A DNA stretch of 60,408 nt from an uncultured Enterorhabdus sp. (GTDB lineage: Bacteria > Actinomycetota > Coriobacteriia > Coriobacteriales > Eggerthellaceae): the NCBI GenBank assembly GCA_947573925.1, contig CANPHS010000001.1:1-60408 (forward strand), read 5' to 3'. The notes beneath the pieces were generated by a model that worked only from the letters and a program-made list of their open reading frames with translations, was not told the origin of the DNA and did not search any database. Numbering within the stretch: the first letter of the stretch is position 1; each line of letters starts with the position of its first letter. Positions 19,714 to 30,244 of the stretch are shown here, piece by piece. Position numbers and translations under genes: made by a program.

Positions 19714-20589
19714 CTAGATGAGCTGGAATTCGAGGTTGGTGGTGCCCACGATAATGCGGTCGGCATCGGTGAGCGCCGTCGACTTGATCTGACGGCCGTT
19801 CACGAAGGTGCCGTTGGTGGACCCGAGGTCGGTGAGGATCCACGCGCCCGACTCGTCCTGGCGGATTTCCGCGTGGACGCGCGACACGTTGATGTCGGGA
19901 ATGACGATGTCGTTCTTCGACTCGCGGCCGATGGTCTCGGCATCGCCGGGCAGAGTGAAGGCGCGGTCGTTGGTGATGTCGTAGATGTAGGCCTGACGCG
20001 GCTCGTCGTCGGCCACGTAGTCGTCGTAGTCGTAGCCGTAGCCGTCATCGGCGGCGTTGAAGTCCATGGTCTGGGGCGCAGCGGGAGCGGGGGCCGGAGC
20101 CGGGGCCTGGTAGCCGTAGCCGACGGCCGCGGGGGCCATGGGAGCGGCGGCGCGGCCGGCGCCCTGGTTCAGGATGCCGTAGCGGGCGTACTCTTCCTGA
20201 CGCAGCTGCTCCACGAGGGGGGAAGCCACCATCTCGGCGATGACGTCGAACTTGCCGTGGCGCAGATCGTCGTCCACGATGAAGCGCACGAGGGGCTGGC
20301 CGTCCATGACGAGGCCCTGCTCGGCGGCCTTGGCGGACAGATAGGTCTCGGTCTCGCCGGCCAGCGTGGGATAGTAGCCCAGAAGGCGCCGATCATCGTC
20401 GGCGTTCACGAGCACGGTATACAACGTGGGAGCGTATTGCTTGCCTGCGCCGACCATCTTCTCGCGGCGCATCTGCTTCTCGGCTTTCTTGGCAATCTGC
20501 ACGGGAGACAGCGGGGCCGCGGCCATACGGTCGGCGGCGCCTTCCACGGTGTCTTCCATTTTGCCCTCGAACCTTGAGAGGAGTCCCAT
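19714..20589 (-). CDS. fhaA: FhaA: DUF3662 + C-terminal FHA domain
   Basis: MGLLSRFEGKMEDTVEG N-terminus; IGRESKNDIVIPDINVSRVHA...DLGSTNGTFVNG. Confidence 0.9.
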   Translation of the reverse strand: MGLLSRFEGKMEDTVEGAADRMAAAPLSPVQIAKKAEKQMRREKMVGAGKQYAPTLYTVLVNADDDRRLLGYYPTLAGETETYLSAKAAEQGLVMDGQPLVRFIVDDDLRHGKFDVIAEMVASPLVEQLRQEEYARYGILNQGAGRAAAPMAPAAVGYGYQAPAPAPAPAAPQTMDFNAADDGYGYDYDDYVADDEPRQAYIYDITNDRAFTLPGDAETIGRESKNDIVIPDINVSRVHAEIRQDESGAWILTDLGSTNGTFVNGRQIKSTALTDADRIIVGTTNLEFQLI

Positions 20590-20740
20590 GTGCTTCTCCT
20601 TGTTTCTGCCTCATTTAAGCTGCGACTGAATGCACATCCGCATATTTTGCCATAAACCATTGGTCGGTCAGTCAACAAGCCCCCAACCTTACGCAATCGT
20701 CACAGCGAACGGGCCGGGGAAGCGTGCTAGAATGCACTTC

Positions 20741-21325
20741 ATGAATGAGACTCTGCCGCGCTTTGGGGACGCCGAAATCCCCGACTCCACCCATATCTCC
20801 CTGTTCGGCACCGTGCCCGACTCCATCGTGGACGGGCCGGGGCTGCGTTACGCCGTGTTCGTGCAGGGGTGCTCCCACGGCTGCCCCGGCTGCCACAACC
20901 CCGAGAGCCAGCCGGCCGAGGGGGGCACCGTGACGGCCATCGCCGACCTTCTGGCCGACATCGAGGCCAACGGGCTCGTGCATGACGTGACCTTGTCGGG
21001 CGGCGAGCCCTTCGAGCAACCGGCCGCCTGCGCCGCACTGGCCCGCGAGCTGAAGCGGCGCGGCTACGGGGTGTGGAGCTACTCGGGCTACTTGTACGAG
21101 GATCTGGAACGTCGCGCCGCCGAGGAGCCAGCCATAGCCGATCTGCTGGACGCCATCGACGTGCTCGTGGACGGCCCCTTCGTGGAAAGCCGCAAGTCCT
21201 TGGAGCTGAAATGGTGCGGCTCTTCCAACCAGCGCCTCATCGACGTGCCCGCCACCCGCCGCACCGGGTCCGTGCAGCTCTGGCACCCTGCCAGCTTCAC
21301 CCTCGAAAGGCCCGCAAACTGGTAG
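20741..21325 (+). CDS. nrdG: Anaerobic ribonucleotide reductase activating protein (radical SAM)
   Basis: SIVDGPGLR, QGCSHGCPGCHN (CxxxCxxC), SGGEP, DVLVDGPF, GSSNQR. Confidence 0.95.
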   Translation: MNETLPRFGDAEIPDSTHISLFGTVPDSIVDGPGLRYAVFVQGCSHGCPGCHNPESQPAEGGTVTAIADLLADIEANGLVHDVTLSGGEPFEQPAACAALARELKRRGYGVWSYSGYLYEDLERRAAEEPAIADLLDAIDVLVDGPFVESRKSLELKWCGSSNQRLIDVPATRRTGSVQLWHPASFTLERPANW

Positions 21326-21457
21326 TCCCGCACCCCTTTGCCACGCTAAATTGTGGTCTGATTGAGAGAGGGGGTCTCACTACTACAACTACGTTGCCCT
21401 ATGCAGGATCGAACTGCTTGAGGTACGTCTGGCGAAGTGGCGCAGGCAGGGGTGACG

Positions 21458-22888
21458 TTAGTTCTGGATCGCAGGAAAACAGAGGGTGAACTCGGCACCA
21501 TCTTGGGGAGAGGCGGCAAGGTTCACAGTGCCGCCAAGACGCTGGACACCGTGCTTCACGATGGCGAGGCCCAAGCCGGTACCGCCGGTTTCCTTAGAGC
21601 GGCTCTTCTCCAGGCGATAGAAGCGCTCGAAGACCTTCTCGCGGGCCTCGGGCGGGACGCCAGGGCCGGTGTCGGACACGCGCACGACGGCCTCCTCCCC
21701 ATCGGAGGATACCTCGACGAACACGCATCCGCCCTCGTTGTTGTAGCGGATGGCATTCTCGACCAGGTTGTAGAGAATCTGCTCCACCAAGCTCTCACTG
21801 CCAAGAATGCGGGCGGAAACCCCTTCTACCGACACTGAGACCGAGCGCTCCTCAGCCAGCTTCTGCAAACGCTCGGCCACCCGCCGGGCCACCGCGAACA
21901 CATCGACGGGCACCGCGGCCGTATCGGGGGGCACTTCGTCGAGGCGCGAGAGCGTGAGCACGTCGTCGATGAGAGCCCGCATGGTCTGGGACTCCTGGTG
22001 GATGAGCCCGGCAAAGCGCGGCACGTCCTCGGGCGGCACCAGGCCGTTTTCCATGAGCTCGGCGTAGCCGGAAATCACCTGCAGCGGTGTCTTCATCTCG
22101 TGGGACACGTTGGCCGAGAAGTCGCGGCGCATGCTCTCGGCCTGGGCCAGCTCCTCGTTTTGGGCCCGCAGGGTGCGCTGCTGGGAATCGATGCGCGCGA
22201 GGAACGGCTGCATCTCGGCGTAGGTCGGCGCATGAAGGGGCTTGCTCACGCCCAAATCGTCGAGGGGCCGCATGAGGCTGCGCGTGAGCATTCTCGAGAG
22301 CACGAGCACCAGGGCCACAGCCACGAGCAGCGCGGCCACCACCGGCACGAGGAGGTTGTTGAGCAGCAGCGCCATAAGGGACTCGCGCGTCTCCGCCAGG
22401 CGCACCACCACGCCATCGCTTAAGGGGGCGGCCGCGTAGATGGTGTCGGTGTGCAGCGTTGTGGAGTAACGGCTCGTGGCCCCCTCCCCCTTCTCGAGGG
22501 CCTCGCGTATCTCGGGCCGGTCGCCGTGATTGTCGCTGGCGGGTGCCGCGCTGTCGAACAACACCTCTCCTTCAGGCGATATGAGGGTGAAACGGACCTT
22601 CCCGTTGAACTGCTCCCCGAGCACGGCAGTGCGCTGGGAAGGCGGCACCTCGTCGAGATAGGCCGCCGCCCGATGGGCCTCTATCAAAAGAGTGCGCGAG
22701 GCATCCCGCTCCAAAGAGGAGTAGAAGATGGCCGTGAGGATGAGGGAGAACGCCACGATGCCGATGAGCGAGAAGGCGAGCACGCTGCGGAAGATGCGGC
22801 CCGAGAGGCGCGGGGCGCCCCGATTGGCCGTGCCGGCCGGGGATTGCCCGGCACCGGACGCTCTTTGCGGAAAGCGGGCAGCGGTCAT
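21458..22888 (-). CDS. PhoR-like sensor histidine kinase
   Basis: Two TMs, FSANVSHEMKTPL H-box, NLVENAIRYN, DTGPG, GGTGLGLAIVKH. Confidence 0.9.
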   Translation of the reverse strand: MTAARFPQRASGAGQSPAGTANRGAPRLSGRIFRSVLAFSLIGIVAFSLILTAIFYSSLERDASRTLLIEAHRAAAYLDEVPPSQRTAVLGEQFNGKVRFTLISPEGEVLFDSAAPASDNHGDRPEIREALEKGEGATSRYSTTLHTDTIYAAAPLSDGVVVRLAETRESLMALLLNNLLVPVVAALLVAVALVLVLSRMLTRSLMRPLDDLGVSKPLHAPTYAEMQPFLARIDSQQRTLRAQNEELAQAESMRRDFSANVSHEMKTPLQVISGYAELMENGLVPPEDVPRFAGLIHQESQTMRALIDDVLTLSRLDEVPPDTAAVPVDVFAVARRVAERLQKLAEERSVSVSVEGVSARILGSESLVEQILYNLVENAIRYNNEGGCVFVEVSSDGEEAVVRVSDTGPGVPPEAREKVFERFYRLEKSRSKETGGTGLGLAIVKHGVQRLGGTVNLAASPQDGAEFTLCFPAIQN

Positions 22889-23712
22889 CTCGCGTCCCCG
22901 TTGAAGCGGTAGCCCACGCCGCGCACGGTATCGATGGCCGCCGCGGCCCGGGCGCTCGCGGCGCCGAGCTTCTTGCGCAGGGTCTTCACGTGCATATCCA
23001 CCGTGCGCGTGCCGCCGGCGAACTGCATGTCCCACACCCGGGCGAGCAGCTGGTCGCGCGTGAGCACGCGGCCCTGGTTCTCCATGAGGGCCCGCAACAG
23101 GTCGAACTCCTTCAACGTGAGGGCCACCGGCTGGCCGTCGGCCGTCACGCGGCGGGCCGCCGGCGAGAGCACGATGCCGCAGACCGCCAGGGCGTCATCG
23201 GGAAGGGGGGATGCCGTTGGGGAGGCTGCGGCGGACGTTCCGCGAGCGTCTTCAGCAACCGGGTGCGCAGGGGCCGCCGAAGCGGCCTGCGGGGAGGGCG
23301 CTCCCTCTGCGCCTGCCGAAGGAGCCTTGAGGCGGGCGGCGCGGCGCAGCAGGGCGTTCACCCGCGAGACGAGCTCCATCATGCCGAACGGCTTCGCCAG
23401 GTAATCGTCGGCCCCGGCATCGAGCCCGCACACCTTGTCGAACTCGGTGCCCTTGGCCGTGAGCATCATAGCGGGGATGTTCTCGGTGCGCGGATCGTCG
23501 CGCAGCTGGCGCAGCAAATCGAGGCCGTCCTCGCCGGGCAGCATGATGTCGAGGAGCACCGCCGCCGGTACCTCGGTGCGGCACGCCTCGATGAACCCGG
23601 CGCCGTCGGGAAAGGCGCGCACCTTGAAACCGGCCTGATGCAGCGCGTAGCCGGTGAGGTTGCGGATGTTCTCGTCATCTTCCACGTAGTATATGAGCGG
23701 CGCGTCGGCCAT
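22885..23712 (-). CDS. PhoB/OmpR-family response regulator
   Basis: VEDD, LLDIMLPG, GLDAGADDYLAKPF, LTLKEFDLL, RTVDMHVKTLRKKL, TVRGVGY; overlaps the kinase start. Confidence 0.92.
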   Translation of the reverse strand: MADAPLIYYVEDDENIRNLTGYALHQAGFKVRAFPDGAGFIEACRTEVPAAVLLDIMLPGEDGLDLLRQLRDDPRTENIPAMMLTAKGTEFDKVCGLDAGADDYLAKPFGMMELVSRVNALLRRAARLKAPSAGAEGAPSPQAASAAPAHPVAEDARGTSAAASPTASPLPDDALAVCGIVLSPAARRVTADGQPVALTLKEFDLLRALMENQGRVLTRDQLLARVWDMQFAGGTRTVDMHVKTLRKKLGAASARAAAAIDTVRGVGYRFNGDAR

Positions 23713-23885
23713 GGGTCTCCTTTCGGCACAATCCCCTTCCCCGCATTGTAGCGCAGAGGCAAGGGGGCAACGAGCGGCAGGCGAAACCGTGACGGGGCTG
23801 ATGCCTTGGCCTCAGTTCGCGGAAAGGGCCATGGGAAAGGGCGACCGGAGGCCCCCCTGCAAAGGTTGTGCGGAATCCCCGTCCC

Positions 23886-24929
23886 TTATGCAGCGGCGGC
23901 GTCGGGGGCTCGCGGCACCTCCAGGGTATCCACCAGCGGATCGCGGGGCCGGCGCGGCTTTTCGGGAAGGATCGCCATGACGATCTTCGCCATCACCGAA
24001 ATAAGCGGCAACCACAGGGCGGTCATGGTCACGTTGAACAGCGTGTGGGCGTTGGCGATCTGCCGGGCGATGACCTCCACCTCGGGGCCGGCCGGCGGAA
24101 TGGCGGCCACCACCGCAGCGAAGGGCCCGATGAGCCACACGAACAAGAGGCAGCCCGACAGGTTGAAGATGCAATGGGCCAGAGCCACGCGTTTGGCGTC
24201 GCGGGACTGACCGATGGCGGCCAGGAGCGCCGTGACGGTGGTGCCCAGGTTGTCGCCGAGCAGAATGGGGATGGCGCCGTCGAGGCCGATGAGGCTTGCG
24301 CCGTCGGGGCCGGGCGTGGCGGCAAAGTTCTGCAGCACAGCGATGGTGGCGCTGGAGCTTTGCACCACGAGCGTCATGAGGGTGCCCACCAAAACGCCGA
24401 GCACCGGCACGCCCGTCACCTGGGCGATCATGTCGGTGAACACGGGATTCTCGGCCAGGGGCTTCATGACGGCGCCCATGGTATCGATGCCGAGGAACAA
24501 AAGCCCGAAGCCGAAGACGGCGGTGCCGACGTACTTCATCTGGCCTTGCTTGGCGAGCTGCATGATGAGGAAGCCCACAAGCACGATGCCGAGCACGTAA
24601 TCGGACAGCTTGAAGGCGATGATCTGCGCTGTGATGGTGGTGCCGATGTTCGCGCCCATGATAATGGGAATGGCTTGGCGCAGCCCCATGAGGCCCGCAG
24701 CCACAAAACCGATGGTCATGACCGTGGTGGCGCTGGAGCTTTGCAGCACCGCCGTGGCCAGCGCACCGGCCAGAACGCCGAAGAAGGGGTTCTTCGTCAC
24801 GGCGGCCAGAATGGCGCGCATGCGCTCGCCAGCTGCCTCCTGCAAGTTGTTGCTCATGAGGTTCATGCCGTACAGGAACAGGGCCAAACCGCCGAACAGT
24901 CCCAGCCCGATTTGCAGCAGTTCTTCCAC
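23886..24929 (-). CDS. Na/Pi cotransporter family protein (short form, no C-terminal PhoU domain)
   Basis: GGLALFLYGM, two QSSSAT repeats, GANIGTT / GDNLGTT, AHTLFN. Confidence 0.9.
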   Translation of the reverse strand: MEELLQIGLGLFGGLALFLYGMNLMSNNLQEAAGERMRAILAAVTKNPFFGVLAGALATAVLQSSSATTVMTIGFVAAGLMGLRQAIPIIMGANIGTTITAQIIAFKLSDYVLGIVLVGFLIMQLAKQGQMKYVGTAVFGFGLLFLGIDTMGAVMKPLAENPVFTDMIAQVTGVPVLGVLVGTLMTLVVQSSSATIAVLQNFAATPGPDGASLIGLDGAIPILLGDNLGTTVTALLAAIGQSRDAKRVALAHCIFNLSGCLLFVWLIGPFAAVVAAIPPAGPEVEVIARQIANAHTLFNVTMTALWLPLISVMAKIVMAILPEKPRRPRDPLVDTLEVPRAPDAAAA

Positions 24930-25040
24930 CTATGCGTCTCCTTCACGCGGCCCGCTCCTCCGCGGGACAGACATGGCGGCGCACCTCGCGCACGCCGGTT
25001 TTCCGTAGGCTGCAGTATGGAGCCCCCATGAGCGCCCCGA

Positions 25041-25066
25041 GTAAGCCACACGTAAAGGGAAAGTAA
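25041..25066 (-). promoter_or_regulatory. PHO-box-like phased repeats upstream of the Na/Pi transporter
   Basis: GTAA at 25041, 25052, 25063 (11-bp period); CATACT -10-like element downstream on the minus strand. Confidence 0.7.
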
Positions 25067-25186
25067 AACTTTGCTGATGAAGCACGAGCGGGGCACCGAC
25101 CTTAATCGGCGCCCCGCTCGGGGGAGGGCTCGTCTACATCCGGCAGCCTTAAGCTTCCAAGGCTGATCGGTCAAGAGAGGGCTCGC

Positions 25187-27124
25187 CTAGCCTAGAACAC
25201 CCTTTGCAATAACATCTCCGTACCCCAGAACCTGGAGGCAGGGCTGACCACACACCTCCCCGACGGCAAAAAGACCCGCAATCGGCTGGCCACCGTCGTC
25301 GAGCACACGGAAGCGCTCGTCCACCGTAAGACCGTCAACAGTGATAAGCACGGCCCACGTCCCTGGCGAAGCGTAGAAGGGGCCCTCAACGATGGGAGCT
25401 GTTTCCTCAAAATATGTCCGTCCGAATTCATCCGGTACGCCAGCGACGCAGGCGGCGTTGTACTCCTCCACAGTCTTCTTTAGGGCACTGGCAGGAATAT
25501 CGATCTGATCTGCGAGTTCGTCAAGCGTATCTGCTCGATAGGCAAGCCCGTTCTCGAACAGCCCCTCAGCAGGCTCGCCATCGAAGTTCCTTCCATCGGG
25601 CATGATGTTGGAGTTCTGATCGCACGCGATGATGTAGCACAACTGGTCGGGCTGATCCATAACGGCAAGAGCCAAGTCGGTGCGTTTCCCCGTCTCATTG
25701 ACGAAGCGTTTCCCCTCCTTGTTCACCACGAGAGGGTTTCCCGTGTCGCCAATAATGTGGCCGACAATGTGGTACTGGGGATGAGCATAGGGGTTGAGCA
25801 TCACCTCGCCGCAGCTGACAACAGCCGCACCGACCTCCTCCGCCATATCAAGGCCGTCTCCCGAATGTCCAGCGGGAGCTACCGAGTGAATGCTCTCACC
25901 CTCATTGAATCCGTACTGGGGCTGAAGCCGGGCAAGCCATTTCGGGCTATCGGTATAGCCTCCCGTAGCCAGAACGACCGCCTTGCTCGCATGGATCTCG
26001 TAAGTGGTTCCGTCGTCGCATTGGCCCCTTACACCCGTGACCTTGCCATCTTCCACCAGAAGCTCTTGCGCTGAAGTGCTGAAGAGGATATCGAGCGCCG
26101 GGAATCCCGCACTCTGAATGTATGCCTCGAGAGCGTCGACATAGCCTTCGCCTGCGGGCCTGCCCACAGGGTGAGTCGAACGGGGCCAGGAGAAACCCAT
26201 GATGCCGAGAAGCGGCTTCTCGAGTTCCACGCCATGCGCAGTCACCCATTCGCACGCGCGGCGCGCCGATTCAGCGTCCAACGTCGTCTCCGCAGCGAGA
26301 GGGTTGCCGAAACCGACGGCGCCGAGCACGGCGTAAAACTCGTCGCTGTCGAAGGTCTTGGTGTTTCCCTCCGCATACCACTGCTCGTACTGCTGCTCAA
26401 CTTGTGAGACTCTTTCCTCGGACACACCCAAATCGCGAGCGCGCTCCATGACCTCGGCAAAAAGCCGTCTCATCGGCTCCGTTGTCTCCTGGCGATACTC
26501 AAGCGGCGCCTCGGGGTACTGAAGGCGGCCTCCCGAGACGAGCATACTGCCGCCCATGAACCCGCACTTTTCCATAACGAGCACCTCAGTGCCCGACTCT
26601 GCCAGAGCAATGGCCGACGTGAGGCCAGCCGCTCCGGCGCCGATGATGGCCACCTCCGTCTCAATTACCTCGACAGCGTCCGATTTCTCGCGCCCCGGGA
26701 CCTTCTCCAAATCGGAAACGCTGCCGCCAGCTTGTCCGACGCAGTCTCTGACCGCAGAGAGGATGGCCATGCTCGTCAGCGTCGCGCCCGTTACCGCATC
26801 CACATCGAGGGACTGAAGCTCGACGATGTCGGATGTTATGGCGGAAATCGCCGTATTGGCGATGCGCTCTGACTCGTAGTGTCCAAGCACCTCTACCGCC
26901 TCGATAGCATTCTCCCCGAACGTCACCTCAACGGTCACAAGGCTCTGCTTTCCCTGAGCCTGTGCGGTATACGCCCCGGGGACGTAACTGCTCTTTGCGG
27001 ACGAGGTGGCCGGCAGGGGGCTGCACCCCGTCACACCCAGGGCGAACATGGTCATTCCCGCTGCAGCACCCAGCTGAATAAACCTACGACGTCCGATCAG
27101 TCTTCCCCCATGTGCTTCTTGCAT
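25187..27124 (-). CDS. Tat-exported flavocytochrome-type reductase with N-terminal FMN-binding (flavinylation) domain
   Basis: GRRRFI Tat motif, VTGC lipobox, VDAVTGATLTS flavinylation motif, IIGAGAAG, LATGGY, GLFAVGE. Confidence 0.88.
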   Translation of the reverse strand: MQEAHGGRLIGRRRFIQLGAAAGMTMFALGVTGCSPLPATSSAKSSYVPGAYTAQAQGKQSLVTVEVTFGENAIEAVEVLGHYESERIANTAISAITSDIVELQSLDVDAVTGATLTSMAILSAVRDCVGQAGGSVSDLEKVPGREKSDAVEVIETEVAIIGAGAAGLTSAIALAESGTEVLVMEKCGFMGGSMLVSGGRLQYPEAPLEYRQETTEPMRRLFAEVMERARDLGVSEERVSQVEQQYEQWYAEGNTKTFDSDEFYAVLGAVGFGNPLAAETTLDAESARRACEWVTAHGVELEKPLLGIMGFSWPRSTHPVGRPAGEGYVDALEAYIQSAGFPALDILFSTSAQELLVEDGKVTGVRGQCDDGTTYEIHASKAVVLATGGYTDSPKWLARLQPQYGFNEGESIHSVAPAGHSGDGLDMAEEVGAAVVSCGEVMLNPYAHPQYHIVGHIIGDTGNPLVVNKEGKRFVNETGKRTDLALAVMDQPDQLCYIIACDQNSNIMPDGRNFDGEPAEGLFENGLAYRADTLDELADQIDIPASALKKTVEEYNAACVAGVPDEFGRTYFEETAPIVEGPFYASPGTWAVLITVDGLTVDERFRVLDDGGQPIAGLFAVGEVCGQPCLQVLGYGDVIAKGVLG

Positions 27125-27265
27125 GATGCTCCTCCGATCCTCAGAATGTGGCCGTCCTTTTCGGCCCCGTAAGATCATGCAACCACGACAGGACGACGGG
27201 AGAAATCGGGTGTTTCATGCGAACTTTTCACCCTCGGGCGTTTTACCCGATAAGCCGACCTGGCC

Positions 27266-28666
27266 TTATTCGCTCACAAGATCGAGGAGCTCTTGCCGAG
27301 AATGCACGCTGAGCTTCTGGTAGATATGGCTCACATGGGTCGACACCGTGCTTTTCGAGAGAACGAGGTAGTCGCAAATATATGGTTGCGAGCGGCCTGC
27401 GGCCAAAAGGAGGAGCACATCGAGCTCCCGAGCCGTCAGCCCATGCTGCTCGGAGATCGCCTTGCAGCGCGCGGACATATTCGGCGCTGCCGCCCCATCC
27501 TCGTTGCGCCAATCAGCAGCCACCCGGAGCGCCGGCCGCCCGACGACGACCATGGTCGTAGCAACCAGCAGACACACCAGCACAAGAGAGATGCTTTGAG
27601 GCATCGCTCCTTGCTGGGCGAGGTCTGCCAAAACGGCAACAGCGAGTATATTGCCAACTGTCGCCCCTCCGTGAGAAACCGCCAGCAGGACGGCGATCCT
27701 GGTGAGACTCGTTCCATAGTCGCGCCTCGCCATTCGAGAGGAATATAAGTAGGTCACGATCCAGATGGTAATGTCCAGAACGCTCGATATCGAACATACC
27801 GCCATTGCGGAAGCGGGGCTTTTCCAGAAATTGAGAATGAGTGCCAGTGTGGCCAAAGGGCAAAGCCACCGAAACAAAGCGGCAAAATCGATCTTGAGCG
27901 AGAAGAGCACGAACACGACGATGCAGAGCACGCCCGCCAAGGAGCCTATTATCTCGGGAAGGGAACGCTCTCCCGTCATTTCGAATTGCGAGAGAAGACC
28001 GTTCCAACTTACCACCAGGTAGAAGACGGCCAGAGGAACGGCTATGCGCGCCAGCTCCTTTACCATCGAATGCGGCCGCGATCCCTCTATGGCGACTGCC
28101 TTCTCGCATGCCTGTGCCACCGGCAGCCTCTGAAAGGAAAGGTAGAGGGTCGCCCCCGACGCCAATGGAGCCACAAGCATCGGAATGCCGTTGAGACTTG
28201 CCGGCAGCAGAGGGACAACAACGGCATAGGCGAGAACGACAAGCGAGGAAAGGGGCAGCGCAATCTCCGCCTCTTCGATTTTGGCTCGATTGAACACGTC
28301 GGCCCACAGAAGAAACATGATGGCCTGACCCATTCCCAGAGCAATTGCTCCCAGCAAAGCCACAGGATCGTCATTCGCCGTGACCCCTGTCGGCCATACA
28401 GAGAGCAGAAACCCTACGATGTTGAGAATGATCGACGGAGCCAGCAGCCTTTTCAAACGATCTAGGCGCGGACCGCGGAACACGGCGCCACACGCGAGAA
28501 GCACCAAGATGTTCGCCCCCATCCCCACAAACCAGGCAACGTCGGTGCTGACCGGAAGACCGGCCATCCCATGGAAAAGGCCTGACCCCGCATACTGCGA
28601 GAGAATCTGCACATGAGTAAAGCCGATACCGAGAAGCCACCAAGGAGGCATTTTCAATCCTCTCAC
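27266..28666 (-). CDS. Multi-TM LuxR-family regulator
   Basis: Hydrophobic body + GLTARELDVL...SKSTVSTHVSHIYQKLSVHSRQEL. Confidence 0.88.
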   Translation of the reverse strand: MRGLKMPPWWLLGIGFTHVQILSQYAGSGLFHGMAGLPVSTDVAWFVGMGANILVLLACGAVFRGPRLDRLKRLLAPSIILNIVGFLLSVWPTGVTANDDPVALLGAIALGMGQAIMFLLWADVFNRAKIEEAEIALPLSSLVVLAYAVVVPLLPASLNGIPMLVAPLASGATLYLSFQRLPVAQACEKAVAIEGSRPHSMVKELARIAVPLAVFYLVVSWNGLLSQFEMTGERSLPEIIGSLAGVLCIVVFVLFSLKIDFAALFRWLCPLATLALILNFWKSPASAMAVCSISSVLDITIWIVTYLYSSRMARRDYGTSLTRIAVLLAVSHGGATVGNILAVAVLADLAQQGAMPQSISLVLVCLLVATTMVVVGRPALRVAADWRNEDGAAAPNMSARCKAISEQHGLTARELDVLLLLAAGRSQPYICDYLVLSKSTVSTHVSHIYQKLSVHSRQELLDLVSE

Positions 28667-28679
28667 TATGGCAACCCCC

Positions 28680-30026
28680 TTATCCCAAGAACTCTGCGAG
28701 GTCTATTTTCTGCGGGCCTCGCTCTTTTTCGATAAACATAACGGCATACCAGGGAAGGTACAGCACTTTGCCTTCCTCGCGCACGTTTCCACGGCAAAAG
28801 ACGATGGCGCTGTCGATGCCCCATTCTCGCACGGCCATCACGTTGTCGAGGGCTTTGTGCTTCTCGTAATCCTTTCCCGATTTAGCCTCGATAGGAAGCG
28901 CCTTCGATCCCTTCTCGATGACGAAGTCAACTTCGCCGTACTTGGCCTTGTCGAAGTAGCGCAGATCGAAGCCGTGGGCCGTCAGCTCCTGGGCGATGGC
29001 GTTCTCCAGCATGCTGCCCCAGTTCACCGCAAGGTTCCCTTGCAGAAGGTCGAATCGTGCATCGCCCGACGTTTGCGCGGACAGAAGCCCCACGTCACAG
29101 AGAAAGAGTTTGAACAGATTGTGCTGGGTGTTCAGCGACAAAGGCAGCTCCGGCGCTTTAACGTTGTAGCAGGGCAGCCCCACGCCGGCGTCAGCAACCC
29201 ACATGAAATCACTCGCATAGCGCTCCATGCGGGCGCTCTTCGCCAGATCACTGAGCTTGAAGCGCTTGTTCTTCTTGTCGAGTTCCTCGGGAATAGCATC
29301 GAAGATCATCTTGATGTGGGGCCTATCGTCCCCGTATTTGGCGATATCTTGCCGATACAGGTCGACGATATCCTGCTGCACAGCCAGCACGTGTGACAGA
29401 TCGGAGGTCTCATTGAACCGTTCGACGGCCGCCGGCATGCCCCCGACGACCATATACAGGGAAAATGCCCGGAGTAGCCGCTCGTGAATAGCGGTCGGAA
29501 TGGGCTCGCGATTCCGCATTCGTTCCCGCACCAGCTCCAGCGTCTGATCGTTTTGGCCAATAGCGTCGAAGAACTCTCTCAACGTGAGCGGGTACATGCG
29601 CAGATGCTGCTCGTAGCCCACCGGGTACGACGGCACCTCCTTATAGGAGACGCCCAGAAGCGAGCCCGATTCAATGTAGTCGAACCGACCATCCTCCACG
29701 AGGAATTTCATGGCGGTACGGGCGCGCGGGCATTCCTGGATTTCATCGAAGAAGACGAGCGTCTGACCGGGAACGAGCGGCACCTTCGTGAAGGCCGTGA
29801 GGTTCGCTACGAGCGTATCGGCATCGAGATCGCCTTCGAAGATCTCCCTCGCCTTGGGCGTCTCGATGAAGTTGATCTCCAGGAAGACCTCGTACTCGTT
29901 TCGGCCGAACTTACGGATGAGATACGTTTTCCCCACCTGCCGCGCGCCGGTCACGAGGAGGGCGCGCCTGTCGGGCGCACTCTTCCATTTCAGGAAGTCG
30001 TCATAGGCTTTCCTTTGAAGGGCCAT
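28680..30026 (-). CDS. AAA_14 ATPase with DUF4143 / PD-(D/E)XK-like C-terminus
   Basis: GARQVGKT, FFDEIQ, SGSLLG, VGGMP, ENAIAQEL, EVDF...PIEAKSG; RBS favours ATG 30026 over 30065. Confidence 0.9.
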   Translation of the reverse strand: MALQRKAYDDFLKWKSAPDRRALLVTGARQVGKTYLIRKFGRNEYEVFLEINFIETPKAREIFEGDLDADTLVANLTAFTKVPLVPGQTLVFFDEIQECPRARTAMKFLVEDGRFDYIESGSLLGVSYKEVPSYPVGYEQHLRMYPLTLREFFDAIGQNDQTLELVRERMRNREPIPTAIHERLLRAFSLYMVVGGMPAAVERFNETSDLSHVLAVQQDIVDLYRQDIAKYGDDRPHIKMIFDAIPEELDKKNKRFKLSDLAKSARMERYASDFMWVADAGVGLPCYNVKAPELPLSLNTQHNLFKLFLCDVGLLSAQTSGDARFDLLQGNLAVNWGSMLENAIAQELTAHGFDLRYFDKAKYGEVDFVIEKGSKALPIEAKSGKDYEKHKALDNVMAVREWGIDSAIVFCRGNVREEGKVLYLPWYAVMFIEKERGPQKIDLAEFLG

Positions 30027-30044
30027 ACTGCTGATCCTTTCGTC

Positions 30045-30156
30045 TTGCGACGAGTTTTCGCTCATTATAACCTCTTCTTGCGACGAGTTTTTTGGTTTTA
30101 GTTACTGTTTTGCGACGAGTTTTCGCGTTTTCTGAACTTGATTTGCGACGTTTTTC
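30045..30156. repeat. Four phased TTGCGACGAGTTTT repeats over the AAA gene promoter
   Basis: Copies at 30045, 30078, 30110 and 30143 (degenerate); spacing 33/32/33; TATAAT (minus, 30064-30069) lies between copies 1 and 2. Confidence 0.85.
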
Positions 30157-30190
30157 AACTCTGGGACATCTTCGGTAGTCTCCCTAAAAC

Positions 30191-30217
30191 AAAAAGGGCG
30201 GTTCCGGAGGACCGCCC
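30191..30217 (-). terminator. Intrinsic terminator following the duplicated nrdD tail
   Basis: GGGCGGT/ACCGCCC stem with an A5 run on the plus strand. Confidence 0.7.
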
Positions 30218-30244
30218 GTGGGGTGCGGGGAGGCGAGGGGTGCG

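Noticed and set aside
30045-30156. CRISPR array or plasmid iterons
   Set aside because: 14-bp units with ~19-bp spacers over a promoter; no cas or rep gene; operator interpretation fits better.
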